NCBI GenBank assembly: GCA_964461635.1
Contig: CAYWVC010000003.1
Span: 1 to 51,018 of the forward strand
Source: an uncultured Lachnospiraceae bacterium
Lineage (GTDB): Bacteria; Bacillota; Clostridia; Oscillospirales; CAG-272
Reading direction: 5' to 3'
Length of the DNA: 51,018 bases
Below the pieces are notes generated by a model. It was not told the DNA's origin, did not search any database, and was given only the letters and a program-made list of their open reading frames with translations. The translations under genes were made by a program, and so were the position numbers. Below, in pieces: positions 18,078-27,260 of the stretch (position 1 is the stretch's first letter; each line of letters starts with the position of its first letter).

Positions 18078-18608
18078 ATGGCTGAAAGAATAAACGAGAG
18101 GGATGCAATAAAAAACCTTCAGACCTACCTTCGCCGTATCGCCTATTTCGACGGCGAGATAAACGCCGTGCCGATCGACGGGATCTACGCCGAAGAAACG
18201 CGCCTTGCCGTGACCGAGCTGCAAAGGTCACACGGGCTTCCGGCAACGGGAGTGGTAGACCGTGAAACGTGGGATCTTATCTTCGGGCTCTATTCCGAGC
18301 TTACAAAAGAAAAGTCGCCCCCGACTATGATCTCGCCCTTCCCGCAAAACCCCGACGGATACGAGCTTTCGCTCGGGGACACTCAATTTCTCGTGGACAT
18401 CGTCCAATATATTCTCGGCGAGCTGTCGGTAGATTACGACGGTTTTGACAGCGTGATCAGAAACGGCACCTTTGATCAAGCCACCGAGAGCGCCGTCGCC
18501 GAATTTCAGCGGATCAACGGCATAACGATCACCGGACGGGTCGACAGAATAACCTGGAACGCTCTCGCGGCTCAATATAATTACATATCGCTTGACTACC
18601 GCCAATAA
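18078..18608 (+). CDS. peptidoglycan-binding protein (two PG_binding_1 domains)
   Basis: Two copies of the DGIYAEETRLAVTELQRSHGLPATGVVDRETW-type repeat. GAGGAGG RBS. No signal peptide. Confidence 0.8.
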   Translation: MAERINERDAIKNLQTYLRRIAYFDGEINAVPIDGIYAEETRLAVTELQRSHGLPATGVVDRETWDLIFGLYSELTKEKSPPTMISPFPQNPDGYELSLGDTQFLVDIVQYILGELSVDYDGFDSVIRNGTFDQATESAVAEFQRINGITITGRVDRITWNALAAQYNYISLDYRQ

Positions 18609-18670
18609 GAGGAATTTTCTCGCCGATTTGCGGCAAAAATAGATAAGGAATACGGTAACGGAGACGAACG

Positions 18671-21112
18671 ATGACGGGAAGATTTACTCAAAAGGGACAA
18701 AATGCATTGAGCGCCGCCTTGACGGCGGCGCAGGAGCTCGGGCACACCTATATAGGATCGGAGCATCTTTTGCTCGGCATTGCCGCGGATCGCGAGAGTG
18801 CCGCCGCGAGGCTGATGGCGGCAAGGGGAGCCTTGCCCGACCGATTGCGCAAGGCGGCAATAAGCATATCCGGGAAAGGTTGCGAGACTCATGTGAGTGC
18901 CGCCGAAATGACCCCCTGCTTCAAGCGCATAATTGAGGAAGCCTCGGCTCTCTCCGCTCAGTTCGGTCAATCGTTTATAGGAACCGAGCACCTTTTGCTT
19001 GCTCTGCTCGGCGAGAACGACTGCGTCGGTCTCCGCGTGTTGGAGCTCTGCTCGGTATCGGCCACAGAGCTGAAAAACGACGTAAGTACCTTCCTTAACG
19101 GCTCGGGATCGCGGGAGCGTTCGCGCCAGAAGGGGCAAAAAGCAGCTTCGGGACAATTCGTCCTTTCGGGCTACGGCAGGGATCTCACCGCGGCGGCAAG
19201 GCTCGGCAAGCTTGATCCCGTTATCGGTCGCGAAGCCGAAACGATGCGGGTAATACAGATACTCACGCGGAGAACGAAAAACAATCCCTGCCTTGTCGGA
19301 GAGCCCGGAGTCGGCAAAACGGCAGTGGCAGAGGGCTTGGCGCAAAGGATCGCCGACGGCAACGTTCCCGAGGTACTGCGGGACCGATCGATCGTAATGC
19401 TCGATCTCCCGGCCATGATAGCCGGCGCAAAATACCGCGGCGAATTTGAAGAGCGGATGAAGGGCGTTATGACCGAGCTTGCAAAGCACCCGGAGATCAT
19501 ACTCTTCATCGACGAGATCCATATGATAATAGGCGCGGGCTCCGCCGAGGGAGCGGTCGATGCGGCAAACATCCTCAAGCCCGCGCTCTCACGCGGAGAG
19601 CTGCGGGTGATCGGCGCAACCACTCTGACCGAATTCCGTCGATTTATTGAGAAGGATGCCGCACTTGAGCGCAGATTTCAGCAGGTACAGATCAACGAGC
19701 CCTCCGCCTCCGAAACCGTTATGATCCTTAAGGGACTGCGCGACAGGCTTGAGGCTCACCACGGGCTGAAGCTCCCCGACGGGACGCTTGATGCCGCGGT
19801 AAGTCTCTCGATCAGATATATCAACGACCGCTTTCTGCCCGACAAAGCCATCGACCTTATCGACGAAACTGCGTCAAGGCTACGGGTCAGCGGAATGACA
19901 GAACCGGCTGAGCTCCGTTCCGTTCGCACAGAGCTCGCAGACGCAGCGCACGACAAGGACGAGGCGATACTGCAACAGAATTTTGAACGCGCCGCCGTAT
20001 ACCGCGACCGCGAAACACAGCTCAAGCGTGAATACGAGAATAAAAAACAGCAATGGCTGACCGATCGTGGCAGAGGCTCAAAGCTCGTGTCCCCCGCCGA
20101 CGTTGCCGAAACGGTTTCGATCTGGACGGGTATCCCGGTCGGCAGAATGACAGAGGATGAAAGTGACAGCCTGCTTAAGCTTGAATCGCGTCTTGAAGCG
20201 CGCATAATAGGTCAATGTGAAGCGGTGGAGCGTGTCGCGCACGCGATCCGGCGCGGCAGGCTCGGGCTCTCCGACCCACACCGTCCCACCGGATCCTTCA
20301 TTTTTCTCGGTCCGACAGGTGTGGGCAAGACCGAGCTGGCAGGAGTGCTTGCCGAAAACGTTTTCGGGAGCCGAGATGCGATGATACGCTTTGATATGTC
20401 GGAATATATGGAAAAGCACAGCGTGTCAAAGCTGATAGGCTCGCCGCCCGGCTACGTCGGTTACGGGGAGGGCGGACTGCTGACCGAACGGGTCAGGCGG
20501 CGTCCGTATTCGCTCGTCCTGCTCGACGAGATCGAAAAGGCTCACCCCGATATATTCAATCTTCTCCTTCAGATACTTGAGGACGGAAGGCTCACCGACG
20601 CGCAGGGCAAGGTTACCGATTTTCGAAATACCGTGATCATTATGACCTCAAACCTCGGGAGCGATCGCAAAAATCCGGGACTGCTCGGCTTTGCGGCATC
20701 CGCCGCGGACGTGGGCAACGAAAAGGTGCTGTCGGCGCTCAAAACGGCATTTCCTCCCGAACTCATCAACCGTATCGACGACATCGTCGTATTCAAGCCC
20801 CTATCGCGCGACGATCTGCGCCGTATCGCCGACGTTATGCTTTCCGAAGTATCGGAACGGGCGGCAAACGGGGGAACAGAGCTCCGTTTTGATCCGTCGG
20901 TCACCGAGCTCGTAGCCGATATCGGATACAGCGAGGGCTACGGCGCGCGCCCGCTCCGACGTGCTATTGCAAAAACGGTCGGCGACAGCTTCACCGAGGC
21001 GATCCTTGAAAAAAAGATCGCCGTCGGAGACAGAGTAACAGCTGTCGCCGACGGCGGAAAGATATTATTTAAACGTGAAGCAAACGACCGTTCAAAGGAC
21101 CCCGACGCTTGA
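18671..21112 (+). CDS. clpC: ATP-dependent Clp protease ATP-binding subunit ClpC
   Basis: 813 aa with Clp_N repeats and two AAA+ modules. It has a short UVR-like linker (FERAAVYRDRE) and an LGF-type ClpP loop (PGLLGFAAS). Confidence 0.93.
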   Translation: MTGRFTQKGQNALSAALTAAQELGHTYIGSEHLLLGIAADRESAAARLMAARGALPDRLRKAAISISGKGCETHVSAAEMTPCFKRIIEEASALSAQFGQSFIGTEHLLLALLGENDCVGLRVLELCSVSATELKNDVSTFLNGSGSRERSRQKGQKAASGQFVLSGYGRDLTAAARLGKLDPVIGREAETMRVIQILTRRTKNNPCLVGEPGVGKTAVAEGLAQRIADGNVPEVLRDRSIVMLDLPAMIAGAKYRGEFEERMKGVMTELAKHPEIILFIDEIHMIIGAGSAEGAVDAANILKPALSRGELRVIGATTLTEFRRFIEKDAALERRFQQVQINEPSASETVMILKGLRDRLEAHHGLKLPDGTLDAAVSLSIRYINDRFLPDKAIDLIDETASRLRVSGMTEPAELRSVRTELADAAHDKDEAILQQNFERAAVYRDRETQLKREYENKKQQWLTDRGRGSKLVSPADVAETVSIWTGIPVGRMTEDESDSLLKLESRLEARIIGQCEAVERVAHAIRRGRLGLSDPHRPTGSFIFLGPTGVGKTELAGVLAENVFGSRDAMIRFDMSEYMEKHSVSKLIGSPPGYVGYGEGGLLTERVRRRPYSLVLLDEIEKAHPDIFNLLLQILEDGRLTDAQGKVTDFRNTVIIMTSNLGSDRKNPGLLGFAASAADVGNEKVLSALKTAFPPELINRIDDIVVFKPLSRDDLRRIADVMLSEVSERAANGGTELRFDPSVTELVADIGYSEGYGARPLRRAIAKTVGDSFTEAILEKKIAVGDRVTAVADGGKILFKREANDRSKDPDA

Positions 21113-22972
21113 CCCCGCCTTCCAATTCTGCTGGCAAATATACGGCATACGGCTGAGCTGATCCCCCGTTCTGCCGTCAAAGCTGAGCAACGGTTGCTCA
21201 AGCTCCTCTATCCGCTCAAAGTCACCGTTAAGATATCCGATGATCCTTTCGGCGGCAGACTCAAGCCTTGCCTTAACTCCGCCGAGCCTGATCTCCTCGA
21301 CCGAGAAGCCGAAGGTCTTGTTTTCACGGTACCACTGCGTCCGCAATGCCCGCAAGAACACGTCAAGCTGTTCTATCACGTCGGGGATACGCGATTGAGC
21401 GATATACGCCAGCTCCACGCGGTCCCCGTTCTTATACGCATCGCGCAGATCAAGCCCAAGTGTAGCCTTATCCGAAAGCAACAGGCACAGCTCCCCGAGC
21501 GTCGTAAAGATGTATCCGAAATTCTCGTCGTCGCTAAGCAGCAAGAGCCGCTGTGCGCTCTTCATAAAGTCGTCGGCAACGGTATCACGATCCATATGAA
21601 GGTCAAACAGCCCCTCAAGCGGATCGTTGAAAAGCAGATACCGGCTCGGGTTTCTCGGGCTTCCGAGCTCGGGGGTGATCCCCGTCAGCTCGTTCGGCGC
21701 ATCCAAAGTCAAAAGCTCCTCATATCCGAGCCCGAAGCATTCGCGGCTTCTGAGCTCAAGCTGCTCGGGCGCGGGATGACCGACGGTATAACCGCGCTCG
21801 GCAAAATACAGCAGTGTCGGCAGGGTTGAGAACTGTGATGCCTCGCCCCCGTCGTCGCCCCATCCGGTAACGATGACCGAATTCAGCCCGTTGCTTGCGC
21901 AAACGTCCAGCTGCATCTCGGTAGACAGCAGTGACAGGCGGTTATGCGGGGCAAAGCCCGACCACTTCCAAGCCCCGCCCGCAAACGCCACGGGATTATT
22001 GAACTCGGTGTGGCACTCTACCATATGAGAGAAGAGCTCGGCATCCATCGAATAATAATCCCAATATATCAGGGTCAAGCCCTTCGGCACGCGGGCAATA
22101 ACGTCGGGCGATATGTGCCCTTCCCTGACCCGATATGCCCCGTCGAACGCCATACGGAAGAACATATCGCTCCACATCATCGGCTCGTAGCCGTTGTCGT
22201 GGCAGAGCTTCACGACCCGATCAAGGTGCTTAAGCATTATTTCGGTCGCGGGGCGGTAACCGTTCTTTTTAAGGTATCTGCCAAGACCGAGCGCGTGAGC
22301 CTCATCCATTCCTATATTGATCCTACGGCTCTTGAACGCCGATCGGCAAGCCTTCAGACAGCTGTCGATGAAGGCATAAGTCTCCTCGCTTTCGGCAAGC
22401 AGTATATCCCCCGTGTCGCGGAGCTTTGCCATCCCCTGCCAGCGCAGTGAGGTTGCAAGGTGCGCAAGCGTCTGTATACAAGGGATAAGCTCTATTCCGA
22501 ACAGCTCGGCGTAGTCCACCAGCTCGCGTATCTCCCCGACCGAAAATCGCCCCCGCATATGTCCGAAATACGGGTACTCCTCGACCTCGTAGGTATCCTC
22601 GGTATAGAGCATCATCGAATCGTATCCCATCAGCGCAAGATAGCGTATCATTCGCTTGGCTGACGGAACGTTGAATACCGCGTTGCGCGACATATCCGCC
22701 ATATAGCAGAGCATATCGAAGCTCCCGCGGCTCTCGACCGTCTCGCCACCGTTGATCACGTTCTTAAGCCGAGACAGTGCGCGAAAGAGCTGATGCTCCC
22801 GTGCATAAGTTACCGTGTATTCGGCATCGGCGGTGCGCACGACAGACAGGCTGTCCCCCGCACTTACGTTAACGGCAACCCCGTCCGCGCAAAGCTCAAG
22901 GTCAAGCTGATCCGATAACTCTCCGATCGCCCGAAGCTGCTTTTCGTTTATCCCTCTGATATTAATCTTCAT
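21092..22972 (-). CDS. glycoside hydrolase family 20 beta-N-acetylhexosaminidase-like protein
   Basis: 626 aa. TIM-barrel blocks MLYTEDTYE, IPCIQTLAHL and INIGMDEAH (Asp-Glu catalytic pair position). No signal peptide. Confidence 0.75.
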   Translation of the reverse strand: MKINIRGINEKQLRAIGELSDQLDLELCADGVAVNVSAGDSLSVVRTADAEYTVTYAREHQLFRALSRLKNVINGGETVESRGSFDMLCYMADMSRNAVFNVPSAKRMIRYLALMGYDSMMLYTEDTYEVEEYPYFGHMRGRFSVGEIRELVDYAELFGIELIPCIQTLAHLATSLRWQGMAKLRDTGDILLAESEETYAFIDSCLKACRSAFKSRRINIGMDEAHALGLGRYLKKNGYRPATEIMLKHLDRVVKLCHDNGYEPMMWSDMFFRMAFDGAYRVREGHISPDVIARVPKGLTLIYWDYYSMDAELFSHMVECHTEFNNPVAFAGGAWKWSGFAPHNRLSLLSTEMQLDVCASNGLNSVIVTGWGDDGGEASQFSTLPTLLYFAERGYTVGHPAPEQLELRSRECFGLGYEELLTLDAPNELTGITPELGSPRNPSRYLLFNDPLEGLFDLHMDRDTVADDFMKSAQRLLLLSDDENFGYIFTTLGELCLLLSDKATLGLDLRDAYKNGDRVELAYIAQSRIPDVIEQLDVFLRALRTQWYRENKTFGFSVEEIRLGGVKARLESAAERIIGYLNGDFERIEELEQPLLSFDGRTGDQLSRMPYICQQNWKAGSSVGVL

Positions 22973-22977
22973 AATCG

Positions 22978-23868
22978 TTACTCCTTTTCCGAAAGTCGGC
23001 GAAACAGATCGGCGTAAAGCGGATCGCGCAATATTCTTCGCACGTAGATGAACGGATGCCTTGACATATCGAACGCATACCGGCAGTCGGGCGTGATCAC
23101 GGGGGAAGGCAGAACGACAGCCTCAAACGCCGACGGCAAGGTCAGTACTCCGACCGCCGCAACGTCCCACAGCACCTTTGACCACCCGTAGGGCTTCGTC
23201 GTATAATGCGCGGTTATATCAACGAGGTAATCGCAGAGCTCGTTCTTACCCTTCAGATAATACTCAAGCTCGGGAACGGTAGTCGGACAGCCCCCGCACA
23301 CACCCATACAGGGTATCTGCACAAGCGGGATACCGCAATCAAATACGGTCTGCGCCGCAAGAACGTCCTGCCGCAGATTAAACTCCCGCGTATCCTTCCA
23401 ATGAAGTGCGTGACCTCCGAGCCATATTACAACCGCCCTGCTGCATATCTCGGGACATTTTAAGATCGCCGAGGCAACGTTAGTGATCGCACCTATCGCA
23501 ACGATGTATACCGTTCCCTCCGAGCTCATCACCGTATTGATGATGTTATCCGCCGCGGGCGAATCCACCGGAACCCCGGCACTGCCCATAAATGCAGGTG
23601 AACCGCGATATACCGGTATATCGGCTTTTTGATCGGTCAGCTTCATAATACGGAATATTTCGTTATAGCTCTTCTCCATCCCATCCTCGGGCGACGCGGC
23701 ACGCGAATTTAAAAACGGCGCGGCGTTGACCGACAGCAGCCGTATTTTGTCCGACGAGAGCATAGCGTACGCAAGGGCGTATTGGTCGTCCACCTCGTTG
23801 TAGCAATCGGTGTCCAATATAACGTCCTTCACGGACGGCGATTGCAAATCATCAATAACCTTTTTCAC
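22978..23868 (-). CDS. nucleoside hydrolase (IUNH family)
   Basis: DTDCYNEVDD matches the DxDxxxDD fingerprint. GTG at 23868 sits 6 nt after AGGAGG and is preferred over the upstream ATG at 23901. Confidence 0.8.
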   Translation of the reverse strand: MKKVIDDLQSPSVKDVILDTDCYNEVDDQYALAYAMLSSDKIRLLSVNAAPFLNSRAASPEDGMEKSYNEIFRIMKLTDQKADIPVYRGSPAFMGSAGVPVDSPAADNIINTVMSSEGTVYIVAIGAITNVASAILKCPEICSRAVVIWLGGHALHWKDTREFNLRQDVLAAQTVFDCGIPLVQIPCMGVCGGCPTTVPELEYYLKGKNELCDYLVDITAHYTTKPYGWSKVLWDVAAVGVLTLPSAFEAVVLPSPVITPDCRYAFDMSRHPFIYVRRILRDPLYADLFRRLSEKE

Positions 23869-23901
23869 GTCTTCCTCCTTTTGCATCTCTGCAAAGCACA
23901 T

Positions 23902-23944
23902 AAATAAACAAAACGAGGGTCGGCGATGTGTTTCGTCAACCCTC
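23902..23944 (-). terminator. rho-independent terminator after ftsZ
   Basis: Minus strand GAGGGTTGACG...CGCCGACCCTC stem followed by GTTTTGTTTATTT. Confidence 0.7.
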
Positions 23945-23959
23945 TTTTCTTCAAAGATC

Positions 23960-25132
23960 TTATTTCTTCTTAAAAATACTCATAATATCCTCGAAGTCAC
24001 TCTCCGAGATATCACTGCCCCTGCCGCTTGAAGCTTTGGTCTGTTCGGTGACCTTCGCGGGCGCGGGTGCGGGCTCGGTCTTGCGCTCGGCGGTCTGCTC
24101 GGTCTTCTGTGCAATCACGCCGCTCGGCGTGCTTTCGGCGGCGGTAACGGTGACGGTGCGCGTAGCGTCCTCGGGCTTCTTGTTGAAGCCGGTCGCAATG
24201 ATGGTTATGCGCATCTCATCGTCAAGGTCGTTGTCGAATGCCACACCCCAGATAACGTTTGCATCGGGGGATGCCTCGTTTGCTATGAGCGTGGATGCAA
24301 GGTCGATATCCTCAAGTCCCACGTCGCTCGACGCGGTGATGCTTATAAGTATACCGGTCGCGCCGCTCATAGTCGTCTCAAGCAACGGGCTGGAGATAGC
24401 CGCCTTCGCCGCCTGCTCTGCCTTATCCTTACCGGTCGCCGACCCGACGCCCATATGAGCGTATCCGGCGTCAGCCATAACGGAGGTAACGTCCGCAAAG
24501 TCAAGGTTTATGAACGAAGGAACGTTTATAAGCTCCGATATGCTCTGCACGCCGCGACGGAGAACGTCATCGGCGATCTCAAACGCATTCGAAAGAGTGA
24601 TCCTCGTATCCGACACCTGTTTAAGTCTCTCGTTCGGTATAATAACAAGCGAGTCAACGTATTCGCTGAGCTCGGCAATACCCTCCTCGGCGTGATCCAT
24701 TCGGCGCTTGCCCTCAAAGCTGAAGGGCTTGGTCACGATACCGACGGTCAGTATGCCCATTTCCTTTGCGGCTCTGGCGACAATCGGAGCGGCACCCGTT
24801 CCGGTTCCGCCGCCCATACCTGCGGTAACGAAAACCATATCGGCACCGGTCAGTGCCTGCTTGATATCCTCTATCGACTCCTCGGCGGATCTTGCTCCGA
24901 TCGCCGGATTAGCACCCGCGCCGAAGCCCTTCGTGATCTTTTCGCCTATTACGATCTGAGTCGGGGCATCCGATCTGCGGATCGCCTGGCGATCGGTATT
25001 GATAGCGATAAAATCGACCCCGCGAATATTCGTGGAGATCATTCGGTTGACGGCGTTGTTTCCTCCGCCACCTACACCAATTACCCTTATCGATACACCG
25101 CTTTCAAGAGTATCGTCGTGTTCAAACGTCAT
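23960..25132 (-). CDS. ftsZ: cell division GTPase FtsZ
   Basis: VIGVGGGGNNAVNRM and GGGTGTGAAP tubulin signature. C-terminal linker plus a conserved tail. Confidence 0.98.
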   Translation of the reverse strand: MTFEHDDTLESGVSIRVIGVGGGGNNAVNRMISTNIRGVDFIAINTDRQAIRRSDAPTQIVIGEKITKGFGAGANPAIGARSAEESIEDIKQALTGADMVFVTAGMGGGTGTGAAPIVARAAKEMGILTVGIVTKPFSFEGKRRMDHAEEGIAELSEYVDSLVIIPNERLKQVSDTRITLSNAFEIADDVLRRGVQSISELINVPSFINLDFADVTSVMADAGYAHMGVGSATGKDKAEQAAKAAISSPLLETTMSGATGILISITASSDVGLEDIDLASTLIANEASPDANVIWGVAFDNDLDDEMRITIIATGFNKKPEDATRTVTVTAAESTPSGVIAQKTEQTAERKTEPAPAPAKVTEQTKASSGRGSDISESDFEDIMSIFKKK

Positions 25133-25215
25133 TGCTGAATCCTCCCGAGTTTATTTATCCTAATAATTTTTACCGTTTTTGCATCGTTATACGATACGGG
25201 ACATATACACTATAT

Positions 25216-25244
25216 ATAATAATATTTTTTTCGGTTTTTTGCAA
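25216..25244 (-). promoter_or_regulatory. candidate ftsZ-proximal promoter (-35 TTGCAA, 17 nt, -10 TATTAT)
   Basis: Read on the minus strand in the AT-rich 197-nt ftsQ-ftsZ spacer. Confidence 0.35.
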
Positions 25245-25329
25245 GACCTTTTTTGAAATTTTCCTGTAATTTCACAAATATTTTTCCGCATCGTCGCATT
25301 CGGTGAAAATATCGGGACCGTTATCCGAT

Positions 25330-26139
25330 CTAATTGAGCGAATCAACCGGCTTACAGGTCGGCCTGTCGGGGTCGGAAACGTTTATCACGACTCCGCCAT
25401 AGATCAGATCGCGGTTATCCTCCAGCACTCTTTGAGCTATACTCATCTTCTCTTCAAAGCCGTTGATGCTTCCCAGGACGACCCGACACCGATCGTAAAA
25501 GGTTATATATACGTCGTCATATTTGCTGGCAAGCCCGATCTCGGTCACCGCGTCGGCATATTCCTTGGAGCCTATAAGCTCAAGCATCTCGGTCACGTAT
25601 CCGTTTTTTCCCTCGGCTCCGTATTCGGCGTATCTGCCGACAACGGCAGTGGAAAGGTCGGGGAGCTCAAGCCTCACCGCGCCGAGCGCCTTTGCCTCGC
25701 TCTCGGAGTGCAGTCGATCGATCACCCGCAGGTCTCCCGAGGTGATAAAATAGTCACCCGAAACCTCAAGAAAGTATTCGGGCTCGTCCGCTTTCACGTT
25801 AATAACGATGAAAAACAGAAGACGGCTTACACGTGCCTCGCGTATATACGGCTTGGCGGCAACGATCTTTTCCCCCGCCGTTACCGTATCGGAGAAGATC
25901 GCGCGCCCCCCCTCAAGTCCGGACGCGGCAACGATCTCCCCGTATGTATACGGGGACTCACCGCGCACGCTGATCCAGCCGCCGCGAGATATTGCATATA
26001 CCGAAAATGCAATGACCGCGGCAATCACGATCAAAAGCACCGCAACGAGCAGGATGATGATCTTAAGGCTCCCATCCTTAAGCTCCGGGCGCTGTCTGAC
26101 CCGGTGCGCGGAAGTCCGTTTCGTTTTAGCCTCTTTCAT
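25330..26139 (-). CDS. ftsQ: cell division protein FtsQ/DivIB (POTRA)
   Basis: Basic N-terminus, a single TM, then a POTRA-like region (...YIREARVSRLLFFIVINVKADEP...). Conserved position between murG and ftsZ. Confidence 0.75.
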   Translation of the reverse strand: MKEAKTKRTSAHRVRQRPELKDGSLKIIILLVAVLLIVIAAVIAFSVYAISRGGWISVRGESPYTYGEIVAASGLEGGRAIFSDTVTAGEKIVAAKPYIREARVSRLLFFIVINVKADEPEYFLEVSGDYFITSGDLRVIDRLHSESEAKALGAVRLELPDLSTAVVGRYAEYGAEGKNGYVTEMLELIGSKEYADAVTEIGLASKYDDVYITFYDRCRVVLGSINGFEEKMSIAQRVLEDNRDLIYGGVVINVSDPDRPTCKPVDSLN

Positions 26140-27257
26140 ATAAGCTCCTTGATCTCACGTAAGATCAGCGTCTCCGCATCCTTGCCGTCAAAGGCGGCAA
26201 TATTCCGACTCAGCTCGCGTCGAGCCGCGGGATCGGAAAGCAGAGCATCTACCTCCCCGACTATATCGTCAACAACCTTGATCGTTGCCTTATCCTCACG
26301 GGCTATCCTCACCGCACCCGCATCGTACAGCAGCTTGGCATTCTTATATTGGTGATCGTCGGCAACGTGCGGAGAGGGTATCATAATACAAGGCTTCTTC
26401 ATTCTTGCCATCTCGGTGACCGTCATAGCTCCGGCTCGTGAAATAACGAGGTCCGCCGCCGCAAGCTTTATCGGCATATCGTAAAGATAATCGCAAAATT
26501 CGATATTTTCGTATTTCCCGAGCCCCGCCGCATCAAAGGCTTGCTTTGTCGCATCAAAATTCTCGCGTCCCGTTGCGTGTATATGGAGCACCTCGGGGTG
26601 ATTCGGAATATACTCTCGCATTATACGGAGAGCGGCATCGTTGATGGCGGGAGCCCCGCGACTGCCGCCGTATGAAAGGAGGACAAGCGAATACCGACCG
26701 TCAATGCCGAGCGCACGGCGCGCCGATTCGCGGGTATATGCGCCAAAGCTCCCACGCACCGGATTTCCGACGACCTTTGCCTTACCCTTGTTATTTTCGT
26801 GCAGGAGCTCCGCACTGCCCGCAAAATTGAACAGTATGCGGTCAACCTTATCCTGAAGCAGCTTCACGGCAAGCCCGGGTATGGCGTTCGATTCGTGCAC
26901 AAGGGTGGGGACGCCCATATCGGCAGCCGCCTTCAACGGAGGATAGCAAACGTAGCCGCCCGTTCCGATCACGACGTCGGGACGGAATTCGCGGATCACG
27001 CGCTTAGCCTTTGACGGGGAGGTCAGAAAATACCACGCCGCCGGAATATTGCCGAGCGACAAGGCACGCTTGAAGCCGCACGCCTCCACGTGATAGATCT
27101 CATAGCCTTCCTTTCCGACGAGACGGTTTTCCATACCGTTTTTTGTTCCGACGAAGGCTATCACGGGATCCTTAAAATTCTTTTTTATTATATCGGCAAT
27201 GGCAAGCGCGGGGTTGATATGTCCGCCCGTGCCGCCTCCGGCAATCAAAAATCTCAT
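26136..27257 (-). CDS. murG: UDP-N-acetylglucosamine--N-acetylmuramyl-(pentapeptide) pyrophosphoryl-undecaprenol GlcNAc transferase
   Basis: MRFLIAGGGTGGHINPALAIA N-terminus and GT28 C-terminal domain. Confidence 0.95.
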   Translation of the reverse strand: MRFLIAGGGTGGHINPALAIADIIKKNFKDPVIAFVGTKNGMENRLVGKEGYEIYHVEACGFKRALSLGNIPAAWYFLTSPSKAKRVIREFRPDVVIGTGGYVCYPPLKAAADMGVPTLVHESNAIPGLAVKLLQDKVDRILFNFAGSAELLHENNKGKAKVVGNPVRGSFGAYTRESARRALGIDGRYSLVLLSYGGSRGAPAINDAALRIMREYIPNHPEVLHIHATGRENFDATKQAFDAAGLGKYENIEFCDYLYDMPIKLAAADLVISRAGAMTVTEMARMKKPCIMIPSPHVADDHQYKNAKLLYDAGAVRIAREDKATIKVVDDIVGEVDALLSDPAARRELSRNIAAFDGKDAETLILREIKELI

Positions 27258-27260
27258 AAG

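Noticed and set aside
18596-19522. 308-aa minus-strand ORF antisense to clpC
   Set aside because: It is an antisense artefact opposite the highly conserved ClpC AAA+ module.
21092-21112. 21-nt convergent 3' overlap of clpC and the GH20 gene
   Set aside because: Short tail-to-tail overlaps are common in compact genomes. No terminator or antisense-specific feature was seen, so it was not judged worth a finding.
25303-26355. 350-aa plus-strand ORF antisense to ftsQ and murG
   Set aside because: It is the same kind of antisense artefact. The opposite strand encodes recognisable FtsQ and MurG.
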